Shown: piece by piece, positions 1 through 8,552 of the stretch | How positions within the stretch are numbered: the stretch's first letter is position 1 | Layout of the letters: each line of letters starts with the position of its first letter | NCBI GenBank assembly: GCA_964012725.1 | Contig: CAXGTL010000013.1 | Location: 1-28,538 of the forward strand | Length of the DNA stretch: 28,538 nucleotides | Reading direction: 5' to 3' | DNA from: Candidatus Woesearchaeota archaeon | Lineage (GTDB): Archaea; Nanobdellota; Nanobdellia; Woesearchaeales; CAXGTL01 | Notes under the pieces: model-generated | What the model was told of the DNA's origin: nothing | Databases searched by the model: none | Seen by the model: only the letters and a program-made list of their open reading frames with translations | Made by a program: the position numbers and the translations under genes

Positions 1-31
1 ATTTATATATTAATAATTAAATAATTTTTAT

Positions 32-496
32 ATGAATCTAAAAGAATTGAGAAAAGAACTTAATGAAATTGTTCAAGAATACAAAAGTCATAAAAATGCT
101 TTTCCTTTTAAGTTTTGCAATGATGCAGCACTCAAGTTATATAATGAATTTGGACTTTTGTGGGTTAAAGGAGGATATGTAGGGCACTTTGATAGAAAGT
201 TTATAGAAAAAGTAAGAGATCCCAACCTTCATTCAAGAGAATATGGATTTGATCATGAATTTTCATATAATCCTAAATTAAAGTTATTTATTGATATAAC
301 TGCTAATCAATTTGATAAATTGTTACCAGAAATTTTAATAATGAAAGTTACTGATCAGAGAATTGCTCTTAATTGGAATAAAAGAAATTATCACACAACA
401 CATTATGTTGCAGATGTTTATGACATTAAGAAACATGGATCAAACCCATTAGAGATTCTTGAAAACGGAGAATTAAGACTTATAAAAAAATTTTGA
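32..496 (+). CDS. hypothetical protein (154 aa)
   Basis: Intact ORF behind an AT-rich TATA-like leader. No family recognised. Spaced Cys (FCND), His (DHEF) and Asp (IDIT) weakly hint at a papain/transglutaminase-like fold. Confidence 0.45.
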   Translation: MNLKELRKELNEIVQEYKSHKNAFPFKFCNDAALKLYNEFGLLWVKGGYVGHFDRKFIEKVRDPNLHSREYGFDHEFSYNPKLKLFIDITANQFDKLLPEILIMKVTDQRIALNWNKRNYHTTHYVADVYDIKKHGSNPLEILENGELRLIKKF

Positions 497-541
497 AATA
501 AACATCAAACTTTATAAACTCCATTCTATTTCTTATATAAC

Positions 542-1087
542 ATGAAATGCCACAATTGCTCTGCAACTGCAAAATACAAGTTTACAGATAAACGTCTGTG
601 TGCTAGATGTTTTTGTAAAGTTGTTGAAAAAAGATTGCGTAAATATCTTAGGTTGAGTAAATGTATTACAAAAGGTGATAAGGTTTATGTTGATTCTGAT
701 GTTTGTAAATATTTTATTGACAAAATCATTACATTTCCAATAACAAAAGTAAAAGTAGGTAAAAAGGGAACAACAATAAAAGAAATAACAAAAAAAGTAG
801 ATAAGATGGTTATCCCATGGACACTGGATCATGAATGTATGTTGTTTTTAGATAAGTTCAGTGGAAAAGGTTTTGATTTGAAGATGTTAGAGTCTGATAA
901 AAAGATTGTAAAGTTGTTTTTGACTATTGATGAAGCATCATTAATAGACTTTTGTAAGATTAATAAAATAAAGTATGACAAAATTAAAAATAATAAAGTT
1001 AAGAATAAAATTGATAAGTTAGTTGAGAAATATCCTGAGATTAAGTATTCTTTAGGTAAGAGTATTGGTGTTTTGAAAAATATTTAA
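542..1087 (+). CDS. Zn-ribbon protein resembling a degenerate, shortened PP-loop ATPase (TtuA/NcsA/TilS-like) that lacks the PP-loop
   Basis: N-terminal CHNC...CARC followed by KGDKVYV, and a C-terminal EKYPEIKYSL tail laid out as in TtuA/NcsA-type enzymes. The SGGxDS position reads DSDVCK and the protein is only 181 aa. Confidence 0.45.
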   Translation: MKCHNCSATAKYKFTDKRLCARCFCKVVEKRLRKYLRLSKCITKGDKVYVDSDVCKYFIDKIITFPITKVKVGKKGTTIKEITKKVDKMVIPWTLDHECMLFLDKFSGKGFDLKMLESDKKIVKLFLTIDEASLIDFCKINKIKYDKIKNNKVKNKIDKLVEKYPEIKYSLGKSIGVLKNI

Positions 1088-1141
1088 TTTAATGAGAGAT
1101 ATACCACAATATTTAAATACTTATAGAGATTATATAAAAAT

Positions 1142-1345
1142 ATGACAGAAACAACAAGTATGGAAAAAATATATGAAAAATTAGATGAATTAAGTAAAGA
1201 TGTTAATTTTATTAAAAAACATATGTTTGATCCTGACACAATAATGACAATTGAAGAATCAAAAAGATTTGAACAAAGTATGAAAGAATTAAAACATGGA
1301 AAAACAACTCCTATTTCTGAATTAAAAAAAGAATTAGGCATCTAA
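1142..1345 (+). CDS. putative antitoxin (67 aa) paired with RelE-like toxin
   Basis: Small ORF whose stop lies 1 nt before the toxin ATG. The position and size are typical of a type II antitoxin. Confidence 0.5.
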   Translation: MTETTSMEKIYEKLDELSKDVNFIKKHMFDPDTIMTIEESKRFEQSMKELKHGKTTPISELKKELGI

Positions 1346-1346
1346 G

Positions 1347-1604
1347 ATGTTTTCTATTGAATTTTCTAATGTTGCTAAAAAATTTCTTAAAAAATATGAT
1401 AAACAATTAGCAAAAAGATTAATTAAAAGAATTGAAAGATTAGCTGTTGATTCTTTTCCAACAGATGTAAAAAGAGTTGTTAATAAAAAAGAAAAAGTAT
1501 TTAGGATTAGAGTTGGTGGTTATAGAATTCAATATTCTGTTTTATATGATAAAAATATTATTTTTATTTCTGATATAGATAAAAGACCAAGAGCTTATAA
1601 ATAA
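1347..1604 (+). CDS. RelE/ParE-family type II toxin (mRNA interferase)
   Basis: 85 aa with an archaeal RelE-like pattern: FSIEFSNVAKKFLKK...LAKRLIKRIERL...FRIRVGGYRIQYSV...IIFISDIDKRPRAY. Confidence 0.7.
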   Translation: MFSIEFSNVAKKFLKKYDKQLAKRLIKRIERLAVDSFPTDVKRVVNKKEKVFRIRVGGYRIQYSVLYDKNIIFISDIDKRPRAYK

Positions 1605-1646
1605 TTATAAATAACATTTAAATACTAGTTTCTAATTTCTATTAAT

Positions 1647-1817
1647 ATGACAAACGAAAATGCTAAATTTGTAGAAGAAATGTTAAAAAGAGCTGAGAAA
1701 AAAGAAGAAACAAAGCCACAACAAAGATTCGAAGGAGTAGATCCAGAAGAAATCAAGAAAATGGCTGAGAATGTGCAAAAAGGTAGAAAAGCACATGAAG
1801 AAGAAGAAGAAAAATAA
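1647..1817 (+). CDS. small charged hypothetical protein (56 aa, below the ORF-track cutoff)
   Basis: Hand-translated ATG..TAA ORF: MTNENAKFVEEMLKRAEKKEETKPQQRFEGVDPEEIKKMAENVQKGRKAHEEEEEK. It fills an otherwise empty 220-bp gap. Confidence 0.35.
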   Translation: MTNENAKFVEEMLKRAEKKEETKPQQRFEGVDPEEIKKMAENVQKGRKAHEEEEEK

Positions 1818-1830
1818 AAAAAAATACTTC

Positions 1831-2031
1831 TTATTTTCCAAATACTTTATACATTGGCCTAATGTAAGCTAATGCCCAAATCAATAGATACCAGTACCAT
1901 TCTAATGATGCTAATGGCGGCCATAGTGCAACAACCATCAAAGTTATAGCTGCTACTCCTATCTTTATTAATTTTATATCAACTATGTCTAGTTTTTTTA
2001 ATTGTTGGTTTGCCCATAGTATGATTGGCAT
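1831..2031 (-). CDS. small membrane protein (66 aa)
   Basis: Two hydrophobic segments. A GAGGTGA Shine-Dalgarno sits just upstream of the ATG on the minus strand. Confidence 0.5.
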   Translation of the reverse strand: MPIILWANQQLKKLDIVDIKLIKIGVAAITLMVVALWPPLASLEWYWYLLIWALAYIRPMYKVFGK

Positions 2032-2108
2032 GTTATCACCTCTTGTTTATTCTAATATATACTTAATCAAATTAATATTTATATACTATTTAAACTTTTC
2101 TTGTTTTT

Positions 2109-3518
2109 ATGAAAAAGATTGTGATACTAATCTTATTATTTGTATTTTTAGTAGGATGTTCTAATATTGATTCTAATGTAATTTTTAATCTGAATGGTAA
2201 TCTTGGGGAAGATAATGTAGATTATATTAATATGCAAGAAAACATAACATACATCAAAGTCTATTTCTGTCCAAGAGACAGATGCAAAGACCACCTAATT
2301 ACATTAATTGAATCTGCAAATAAAAGTGTGCATTGTGGATTGTTTGACTTAGATCTTAAAGATCTGAAACAAACATTTGAAAAAATGTCTTATTTAGTAG
2401 ATACTAGGCTTGTGATAGATGATGAAAACTTTGACCCGTACTTAGCAAAGAAAGAATATGTTAGATGGGATGATACAAGCCAGTTAACTCATAATAAGTT
2501 TTGTATAATTGATAATAAAATAATAAGTACTGGAAGCTTTAATCCAACTCATAGGGGTAATTTTGTTAATAATAATAACTTAGTTATAATTGATTCAAAA
2601 CTGTTGGCAGAGAATTATGAAGCAGAATTTAGAGAGTTGTGGCATTATGAATTTTCTGGCGGAGATAAAGTTTTATATCCTATTATTGAAACTAATTTTG
2701 GTGTAATGGAAAATTACTTTTGTCCAGAAGATCAATGTAAGAATAATGTTGTTCGTGTTCTTGCATCAGCAAATGAATCAATTAAGTTCATGACTTTTTC
2801 ACATACACATGATGATACAGGTGACATTTTAGTTAAAAAACATTTTGCAGGGATTAATGTTCAAGGTGTGTTTGAAAGAACACAAAATAATGCTTGGTGT
2901 GAGTATGAAAGATTAGAAAAATATGATTTAAATATTAAGTGGGATGAAAATAAAGCAAACATGCATCATAAAGTTTTCATAGTCGATGAAAAGATTGTGA
3001 TTACAGGTTCATTTAATCCTTCTTCTAATGGTGATACTAATAATGATGAAAATGTTTTGATTATTTATAATGAAGATATTGCTAAACAATATGTTGAAGA
3101 GTTTGATTATGTATGGTCTTATTCTCCTAATTCTGATTTAGAAGTTAGGAATGTAACAAATTTAGTAATAAAAAAAGTCATGTATGATCCAGTTGGTGCT
3201 GATAAAGGCAACGAGTATGTTGTTTTGTTTAATGTTGGTTCTAATGAAATTGATTTAAGTGAATTTAAATTAGAAGATCATAAAGCTAATTATCAATTCA
3301 GTGGCGTAATTAAACCTGATGAAGAGTTTAAGTATGAAAGTAGTAGATTGTCTTTGAAAAACTCTGAAGGAATGTTATATTTAAAGAATGAATATAATGA
3401 ATTAGTTGATTTTGTTGCATGGGAAGGTTTTGAAGAATGGTCTTTAGAAGATAAAAAGGGCGAAGGTTTAGTTAGAACTAAGTTTGATGTTGTTAATAAT
3501 GAGGGAGAGTGGAAATAA
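2109..3518 (+). CDS. secreted lipoprotein with a duplicated PLD/HKD nuclease-type domain and a C-terminal lamin-tail (LTD) domain
   Basis: Lipobox LVGC after the signal peptide. Two HxK(x4)D motifs (HNKFCIIDNKIISTGSFNP and HHKVFIVDEKIVITGSFNP). The C-terminus (YDPVGADKGNEYVVLFNVGSNEIDLSEFKLED) matches the LTD pattern. Confidence 0.75.
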   Translation: MKKIVILILLFVFLVGCSNIDSNVIFNLNGNLGEDNVDYINMQENITYIKVYFCPRDRCKDHLITLIESANKSVHCGLFDLDLKDLKQTFEKMSYLVDTRLVIDDENFDPYLAKKEYVRWDDTSQLTHNKFCIIDNKIISTGSFNPTHRGNFVNNNNLVIIDSKLLAENYEAEFRELWHYEFSGGDKVLYPIIETNFGVMENYFCPEDQCKNNVVRVLASANESIKFMTFSHTHDDTGDILVKKHFAGINVQGVFERTQNNAWCEYERLEKYDLNIKWDENKANMHHKVFIVDEKIVITGSFNPSSNGDTNNDENVLIIYNEDIAKQYVEEFDYVWSYSPNSDLEVRNVTNLVIKKVMYDPVGADKGNEYVVLFNVGSNEIDLSEFKLEDHKANYQFSGVIKPDEEFKYESSRLSLKNSEGMLYLKNEYNELVDFVAWEGFEEWSLEDKKGEGLVRTKFDVVNNEGEWK

Positions 3519-3535
3519 AGAAAATAAAAAAAAAA

Positions 3536-4705
3536 CTATTCACTCAAACCAGATTCCTTCTTCAAAACTTCAACCTTGTCAGTCTTTTCCCAAGTAAAGT
3601 CTGGATCTTCTCTACCAAAGTGTCCGTATGAAGCAGTCTTTAAGTAAATGGGTCTTCTTAATTGTAGTTGGTTCAAGATATCAGCAGGTTTTAAAGGAAA
3701 GAATCTTCTTACCAATTCTGAAATCTTATCTTCAGGTATTTTATTAGTTCCAAAACAGTTAATATTTACTGAAACAGGTTCTGCAACACCAATTGCGTAT
3801 GCTAATTGGACTTCACACCTATTAGCTAACCCTGCTGCTACAATATTCTTTGCAATGTATCTTGATGCATAAGCAGCACTTCTGTCAACTTTGCTTGGAT
3901 CTTTACCTGAGAATGCTCCACCACCGTGTCTTCCTAAACCACCATATGTGTCAACAATGATTTTTCTACCAGTTAAACCTGCATCTGCATATGGACCGCC
4001 TCTAACAAAAGCTCCAGTCGGGTTTACGTGTAACTTTGTGTTATCATCTATCCAATCTTTACAAATAGGTTTGATTACTTTTTCTATTATACCTGTTTTT
4101 ATTTCTTCATGTTTAACATATCCTTCATGTTGTGTAGAAATAACAACTGCATCAACTCTTAATGGTTTCATATCTTTGTCATATTCAACACTTACTTGTG
4201 ACTTACTATCAGGTCTTAGCCATGTTAATTCTTTTGATTTTCTAATATCTGCTAATCTTTTTACTAATTTATGTGCTAACATTATTGGCAATGGCATTAG
4301 TTCTGGTGTTTCATTACATGCATAACCAAACATCATTCCCTGGTCACCTGCACCTTGTTCTTTGTGCAAACCTTCTCCTTCAGAAACTCCTTGTGCAATG
4401 TCTGGAGATTGTTCTGTTACTTGTGTCCAAACTGAACATGTTTCATATTCTATACCATATTCTGCTTTTGTATAACCAATGTCTTTTATTGTTCTTCTAA
4501 CTATTGCTGTAATATCTACATAACCTTTTGTTGTCATTTCACCAAATACCATTACACCACCATTCTTTGCACCGCACTCAATTGCAACTCTACTCATTGG
4601 ATCTTGTTTTAATGCTTCGTCTAAGATTGCATCACTTATTTGGTCACACATTTTATCCGGATGACCTTCTGACACACTCTCTGATGTTAAAATTAATTTT
4701 TCCAT
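3536..4705 (-). CDS. metK: S-adenosylmethionine synthetase, bacterial/eukaryotic type
   Basis: Full-length MetK signatures: [55 protein letters not shown] Shine-Dalgarno upstream. Confidence 0.95.
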   Translation of the reverse strand: MEKLILTSESVSEGHPDKMCDQISDAILDEALKQDPMSRVAIECGAKNGGVMVFGEMTTKGYVDITAIVRRTIKDIGYTKAEYGIEYETCSVWTQVTEQSPDIAQGVSEGEGLHKEQGAGDQGMMFGYACNETPELMPLPIMLAHKLVKRLADIRKSKELTWLRPDSKSQVSVEYDKDMKPLRVDAVVISTQHEGYVKHEEIKTGIIEKVIKPICKDWIDDNTKLHVNPTGAFVRGGPYADAGLTGRKIIVDTYGGLGRHGGGAFSGKDPSKVDRSAAYASRYIAKNIVAAGLANRCEVQLAYAIGVAEPVSVNINCFGTNKIPEDKISELVRRFFPLKPADILNQLQLRRPIYLKTASYGHFGREDPDFTWEKTDKVEVLKKESGLSE

Positions 4706-4872
4706 TTTATATCACCTCATATTTTAATATATATATTTATATAGCATTTTTTATTCCTGTTTATAAAGATTTGTAGTGTTAAATTGATATGTTAGAATCA
4801 TCATTGGTTTTTTATAATGTCTGTTTCAAAACAATAATAGTTAAATAAGATTAAGATTATCAACAAAATATT

Positions 4873-5127
4873 ATGAAAGAAGAATGTAATGATCTAAAAA
4901 AATTAGAATTAATATGTTTAATGTATAGAGAAGAAAGATGTGAAAGTGTTGAAATAATAAAAAGAGAATTAGCTAATGAAGCAAAATATTTGTGTGAATT
5001 AGAAATATTAAAATATGATAATAAAGATTTATATTTTATGATAACTAATAAAGGTAAAACATATGCTAGAAAAATTAAATTTTTAGGTATGGAAATTTTA
5101 GGATTATTAGAAAGAAAAGAAGAATAA
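4873..5127 (+). CDS. hypothetical small protein (84 aa), possibly winged-helix-like
   Basis: Intact ORF in an otherwise empty interval. Only a weak helix-turn-wing impression (YFMITNKGKTYARKI). Confidence 0.4.
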   Translation: MKEECNDLKKLELICLMYREERCESVEIIKRELANEAKYLCELEILKYDNKDLYFMITNKGKTYARKIKFLGMEILGLLERKEE

Positions 5128-5128
5128 T

Positions 5129-6646
5129 TTAATTTACAACTTCACCAGTCACACTCCTCAACATATGTTTTGTGATTTTTATTTTATAAAACTTGTTCAA
5201 TGGTAATCTTTCTTTAATACCAATCACTAAAGGGTATGTACCTAATTGCCTTGTAAAGGTTGTGTTTCCATCATAGATTTCTGTTTGTACTTGGACTAAG
5301 ATTGTTCCTGTTGGAACTAATCTTTTTAACATCTGAACATCAATGTTTTGTCGAATCTCATTTCTCCATTTCCAGTAATATTTTTTATTTTTTCTAATAG
5401 CTTTATTTTCACCAAAGATTTTTGTCTGAGGAAATTGTGCTACTTGACGAATATTTATTCTTCGTAGTAGCAGATTATTGTCTAGAATCTTTGTCAACCA
5501 CTTCATGTTTTCTTTGTGTGTGTCTTTTGTTTCGCCTATTAAGCCAAATAATAAATTAATTCCAGGCAAAAACTTAGACATTCCGTTTTCACCTTTAACT
5601 ACACCATATTTGTTAATGATTTTTATTGCTTTGTATGTTGTTTCTGGATCAGAATTAAGATTGTTTGCTTTGATAACAGCTTTATCAAAACTTTCTTGTC
5701 CAAGTGCAGCAATATTTCCTTCTGTGCAATACTTAACTACTAATTTTACTTTATTTTCTGTAACATTTGCTGGGTTTATATTATCAATGTGAAGTATTTC
5801 TGAATATTTTGCTGCATTTTTTAATAATTTTTCAATATCTTTTTCAGATCTTGAGAAAAAGTCACTTTGTTTACCAAGTCTGAAGTTTTTTGCACCATGT
5901 TTACTTAATGCCTTGATTTCTGCAATAATATCTTTTGTATCTCTTAGCTCAAACCTATGTTTAACAGGTTCTAAACAGAATGAACAATGATTTTTTCTTG
6001 AACAACCAATTGCTGTTTCAATTTCAAGCATTGCGTTAGGATAAGACGGATGCAAGTTTATTAGTTCTGCACCCAATATTGATAATTTTTGTATTTTTTT
6101 ATAATCAAAAGCTTCTTCATAGTCTTGAAAATCATTTTTTAATAATGTTTTTAGTTTTATTGCCAAGTTTGCTATAGAATAATCAAATCCAGTTTCTATT
6201 TTTGTTTTTCCACCACCATATAAACCAGAACCATAGACAGCTGGACCTGTTAAAATAGTTTTTGGAACAGTTTGTAACTTACTTAATAATGCTTTAACTT
6301 CAGTTGTTGTTCCTGGAATAGCTGATAAATATTTACCTGGTGTGTGTTCACCTGCAATGATTATTAAATAATTAGTTTTTTCAAGAATTTGTCTTATATT
6401 TTTATTATGTTTAGTTAAATTATAAGTTTTTATGTCTGTTTTTATTTGTTTTTCTTTATGAACTTTTTTTTTACCTTCTATTATATGCTTTACATAGAAT
6501 CTTAAATCATCGATTGTGATATATTGATACTTTTGCTTTGCTTGTACTAAAGCTCCAGTTATATATCTAGGATATGTACCTAAGTATGGAGGCACACCTA
6601 ATCCAGATGGTTCATCTGTGTAACAGTCTAATATTGTGAATTGCAT
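5129..6646 (-). CDS. radical SAM enzyme with an N-terminal flavodoxin-like region and a C-terminal TRAM-like tail
   Basis: Cys cluster GCSRKNHCSFCLEP (Cx5Cx2C spacing), followed by GKQSDFF and NPANV type radical-SAM core motifs. Tripartite MiaB-like layout, but without the N-terminal Cys triad. Confidence 0.8.
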   Translation of the reverse strand: MQFTILDCYTDEPSGLGVPPYLGTYPRYITGALVQAKQKYQYITIDDLRFYVKHIIEGKKKVHKEKQIKTDIKTYNLTKHNKNIRQILEKTNYLIIIAGEHTPGKYLSAIPGTTTEVKALLSKLQTVPKTILTGPAVYGSGLYGGGKTKIETGFDYSIANLAIKLKTLLKNDFQDYEEAFDYKKIQKLSILGAELINLHPSYPNAMLEIETAIGCSRKNHCSFCLEPVKHRFELRDTKDIIAEIKALSKHGAKNFRLGKQSDFFSRSEKDIEKLLKNAAKYSEILHIDNINPANVTENKVKLVVKYCTEGNIAALGQESFDKAVIKANNLNSDPETTYKAIKIINKYGVVKGENGMSKFLPGINLLFGLIGETKDTHKENMKWLTKILDNNLLLRRINIRQVAQFPQTKIFGENKAIRKNKKYYWKWRNEIRQNIDVQMLKRLVPTGTILVQVQTEIYDGNTTFTRQLGTYPLVIGIKERLPLNKFYKIKITKHMLRSVTGEVVN

Positions 6647-6730
6647 AATTGTTGTTAAATATGTTTTATATTAAAAAGGTTTGTTTAATTTAGGGATTTT
6701 AAAGAAAGGAATAATATCTAAGTAAAGCTA

Positions 6731-6761
6731 GGGGTGGGTGGTTGGGGGATGGAAAGGTGGG
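6731..6761 (+). other. G-rich tract with G-quadruplex potential
   Basis: GGGGTGGGTGGTTGGGGGATGGAAAGGTGGG in the divergent spacer between the radical SAM and phosphatidyltransferase genes. It stands out sharply from the AT-rich background. Confidence 0.5.
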
Positions 6762-6797
6762 AAATAAAAAGTTTTTTAAACAAATAAAGATAATTTA

Positions 6798-7325
6798 ATG
6801 TATATGAAAAAACTAAACACAGCATTAGCTTTCACATACACAAGAGTAATACTATCATTTGTCATATTAGGTTTATTATTATATGATAATTTTATGTGGG
6901 CTGTTGTTTTGTTCATAATAGCAGGATTAACTGATTATTTTGATGGTTATTTTGCTAGAAAGTTCAACCAAATAACATTCTTTGGTAAAATGGCAGATCC
7001 AAGTGCTGATAAACTACTAATTAATCTAACTGCTTTAGGTTTAGTTATTAAGTTTGGTTTTCCGTTGTGGGCTTTAGGTATATTTTTGTTTAAAGACTTA
7101 GGTATGGTTGCTATGTTTTTCTATGTTAAACTTAAAAAACTTAATAAATATCTTGAAGTGACTATGATTTCAAAGATAACAACAACTATACAAATTGTTT
7201 CAATTATTATTTATTTAATTCCTTTTACAGATATATATTTTATTAAACTAAGTGTTATTGTTATTGCTTGTATATTAACACTCTATACTAGTGTTGATTA
7301 TGTAAAGAGGTTTATGAAAAAATGA
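6798..7325 (+). CDS. CDP-alcohol phosphatidyltransferase family protein (archaetidyl-headgroup synthase type)
   Basis: Perfect D-x2-DG-x2-AR-x8-G-x3-D-x3-D motif (DYFDGYFARKFNQITFFGKMADPSADKL) in a polytopic membrane protein. The start could be the second ATG at 6804. Confidence 0.85.
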   Translation: MYMKKLNTALAFTYTRVILSFVILGLLLYDNFMWAVVLFIIAGLTDYFDGYFARKFNQITFFGKMADPSADKLLINLTALGLVIKFGFPLWALGIFLFKDLGMVAMFFYVKLKKLNKYLEVTMISKITTTIQIVSIIIYLIPFTDIYFIKLSVIVIACILTLYTSVDYVKRFMKK

Positions 7326-7825
7326 TGATTATATTAAAAGCACTATATTTCATGTTACCAGCATATTTTGCAAACATGGCTCCAGTTGTTGCAATGAAAT
7401 ATTTTCCAAAATTAGCTATACCTATAAATAAAAGAAAGCTTGGTTCTCATAAAACATGGAGAGGAGTAATAGCAGCTGTTATTGTTTCTATTATTGTTGT
7501 TATAATACAAAGATTGATTAATATTAATAGTATTGTTGATTATTCTCAAGTAAACATATTAATGTTGGGATTCTTGTTAGGGTTTGGTTCAATGTTCGGT
7601 GACTCTGTAAAAAGTTATTTTAAAAGACAAAGAGGTATTGAACCTGGAAAACCTTGGTATGTGATTGATCAATTAGATTATCCGTTAGGTGCGATGATGT
7701 TTGCAAGTTTAATAGTTGGTATTAATTGGTTAGAATTCTTGATTATTCTTATTGGTAGCTTTTTATTAACTGTTGCAGCAAACCATGTAGCGTTTAAGTT
7801 TGGTATTAGAAAAGTTAAATGGTAA
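7322..7825 (+). CDS. carS: CDP-archaeol synthase
   Basis: Collinear with archaeal CarS (DUF46): LPAYFANMAPV, KTWRGV, FGSMFGDSVKSYFKRQRGIEPGKPWYVIDQLD. ATGA overlap with the upstream phosphatidyltransferase gene. Confidence 0.88.
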   Translation: MMIILKALYFMLPAYFANMAPVVAMKYFPKLAIPINKRKLGSHKTWRGVIAAVIVSIIVVIIQRLININSIVDYSQVNILMLGFLLGFGSMFGDSVKSYFKRQRGIEPGKPWYVIDQLDYPLGAMMFASLIVGINWLEFLIILIGSFLLTVAANHVAFKFGIRKVKW

Positions 7826-8297
7826 AGTAAAGTATTATTGTTCCAATAAAAAACCAGATGTAGTTTATTAGTAGAAGTTTTGTAATTTTCCAATTATTTT
7901 TGTGTATATGTTTAATTCTGAAGTTGATTGATACGAATATTGTATATATAAATAATAATGATGATATGATTAAAAATGCATCTTCATTTGTAGTGCTAAG
8001 ATAAAATAAAATTGATAAAAGTAAGTATGTAAATTGAGGTTTTAATTTAAATTCTAAAAAATAAAATACTAATATTGCCATTGTTGTTAATAAATAAACT
8101 TTATTTATGTACAAAAATGTTAAACTAAAGAAAATAATTAAGTAGAAAAGAATGTGTTCTGTGATTTTAAAATATTTTTTACCAGGTTTGAGTTCTTCTG
8201 GAGAAATTATTGCTAAGATTAAACCTATGAATAAGCCGATTGTTATTGTTAATGATGTTAGTGTGTAAGTTACTACCTCCACTCTGAATGCCCCCAT
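7815..8297 (-). CDS. polytopic membrane protein of unknown function (160 aa)
   Basis: Four to five hydrophobic segments and no recognisable family. Overlaps the carS 3' end convergently and the Dph2 fragment at its 5' end. Confidence 0.5.
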   Translation of the reverse strand: MGAFRVEVVTYTLTSLTITIGLFIGLILAIISPEELKPGKKYFKITEHILFYLIIFFSLTFLYINKVYLLTTMAILVFYFLEFKLKPQFTYLLLSILFYLSTTNEDAFLIISSLLFIYTIFVSINFRIKHIHKNNWKITKLLLINYIWFFIGTIILYFTI

Positions 8298-8527
8298 TGT
8301 ATTAATAAATCAACATCTGCTTTTGGTATGTCACATGCACCAAAACATGAACCAAGCCAAGTAATAACTTTTGCATTTGTTTTGTTTTCTATTTCTTTTT
8401 GTATTTCTTGTGCTTTTGGTTTTAATCCATCTGGTAATTGGATGAGAACTTTATTTACTTTGTTCTTCTTTATTTCAGTTATTACTTTGTCTAGTTCTAA
8501 GTTATAGTTCATTGTAATATTAGGCAT
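8273..8527 (-). pseudogene. dph2: N-terminal fragment (84 aa) of diphthamide synthase Dph2
   Basis: NKVLIQLPDGLKPKAQEI...FGACDIP...DLLIQWGHS is collinear with the first ~85 residues of archaeal Dph2. The ORF then stops, and the remaining ~250 aa are absent in all frames. Confidence 0.7.
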
Positions 8528-8552
8528 TTTTAAATTATATATAAATCTTTTC

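Noticed and set aside
533-1341. Minus-strand ORFs 533-832 and 1084-1341
   Set aside because: They are antisense to better-supported plus-strand genes. Their Phe/Cys/Ile-rich, low-complexity translations come from reading AT-rich DNA backwards.
3648-4776. Four plus-strand ORFs (3648-3872, 3891-4325, 4273-4500, 4528-4776) inside or next to metK
   Set aside because: They are antisense shadows of a highly conserved minus-strand MetK. Their translations are low-complexity Leu/Ser/Pro-rich with no motifs.
8273-8297. A frameshift that would fuse the Dph2 fragment to the downstream membrane protein, or restore a full Dph2
   Set aside because: No frame downstream shows Dph2 similarity, so a simple frameshift cannot restore the enzyme. 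A fusion protein cannot be excluded but has no support.
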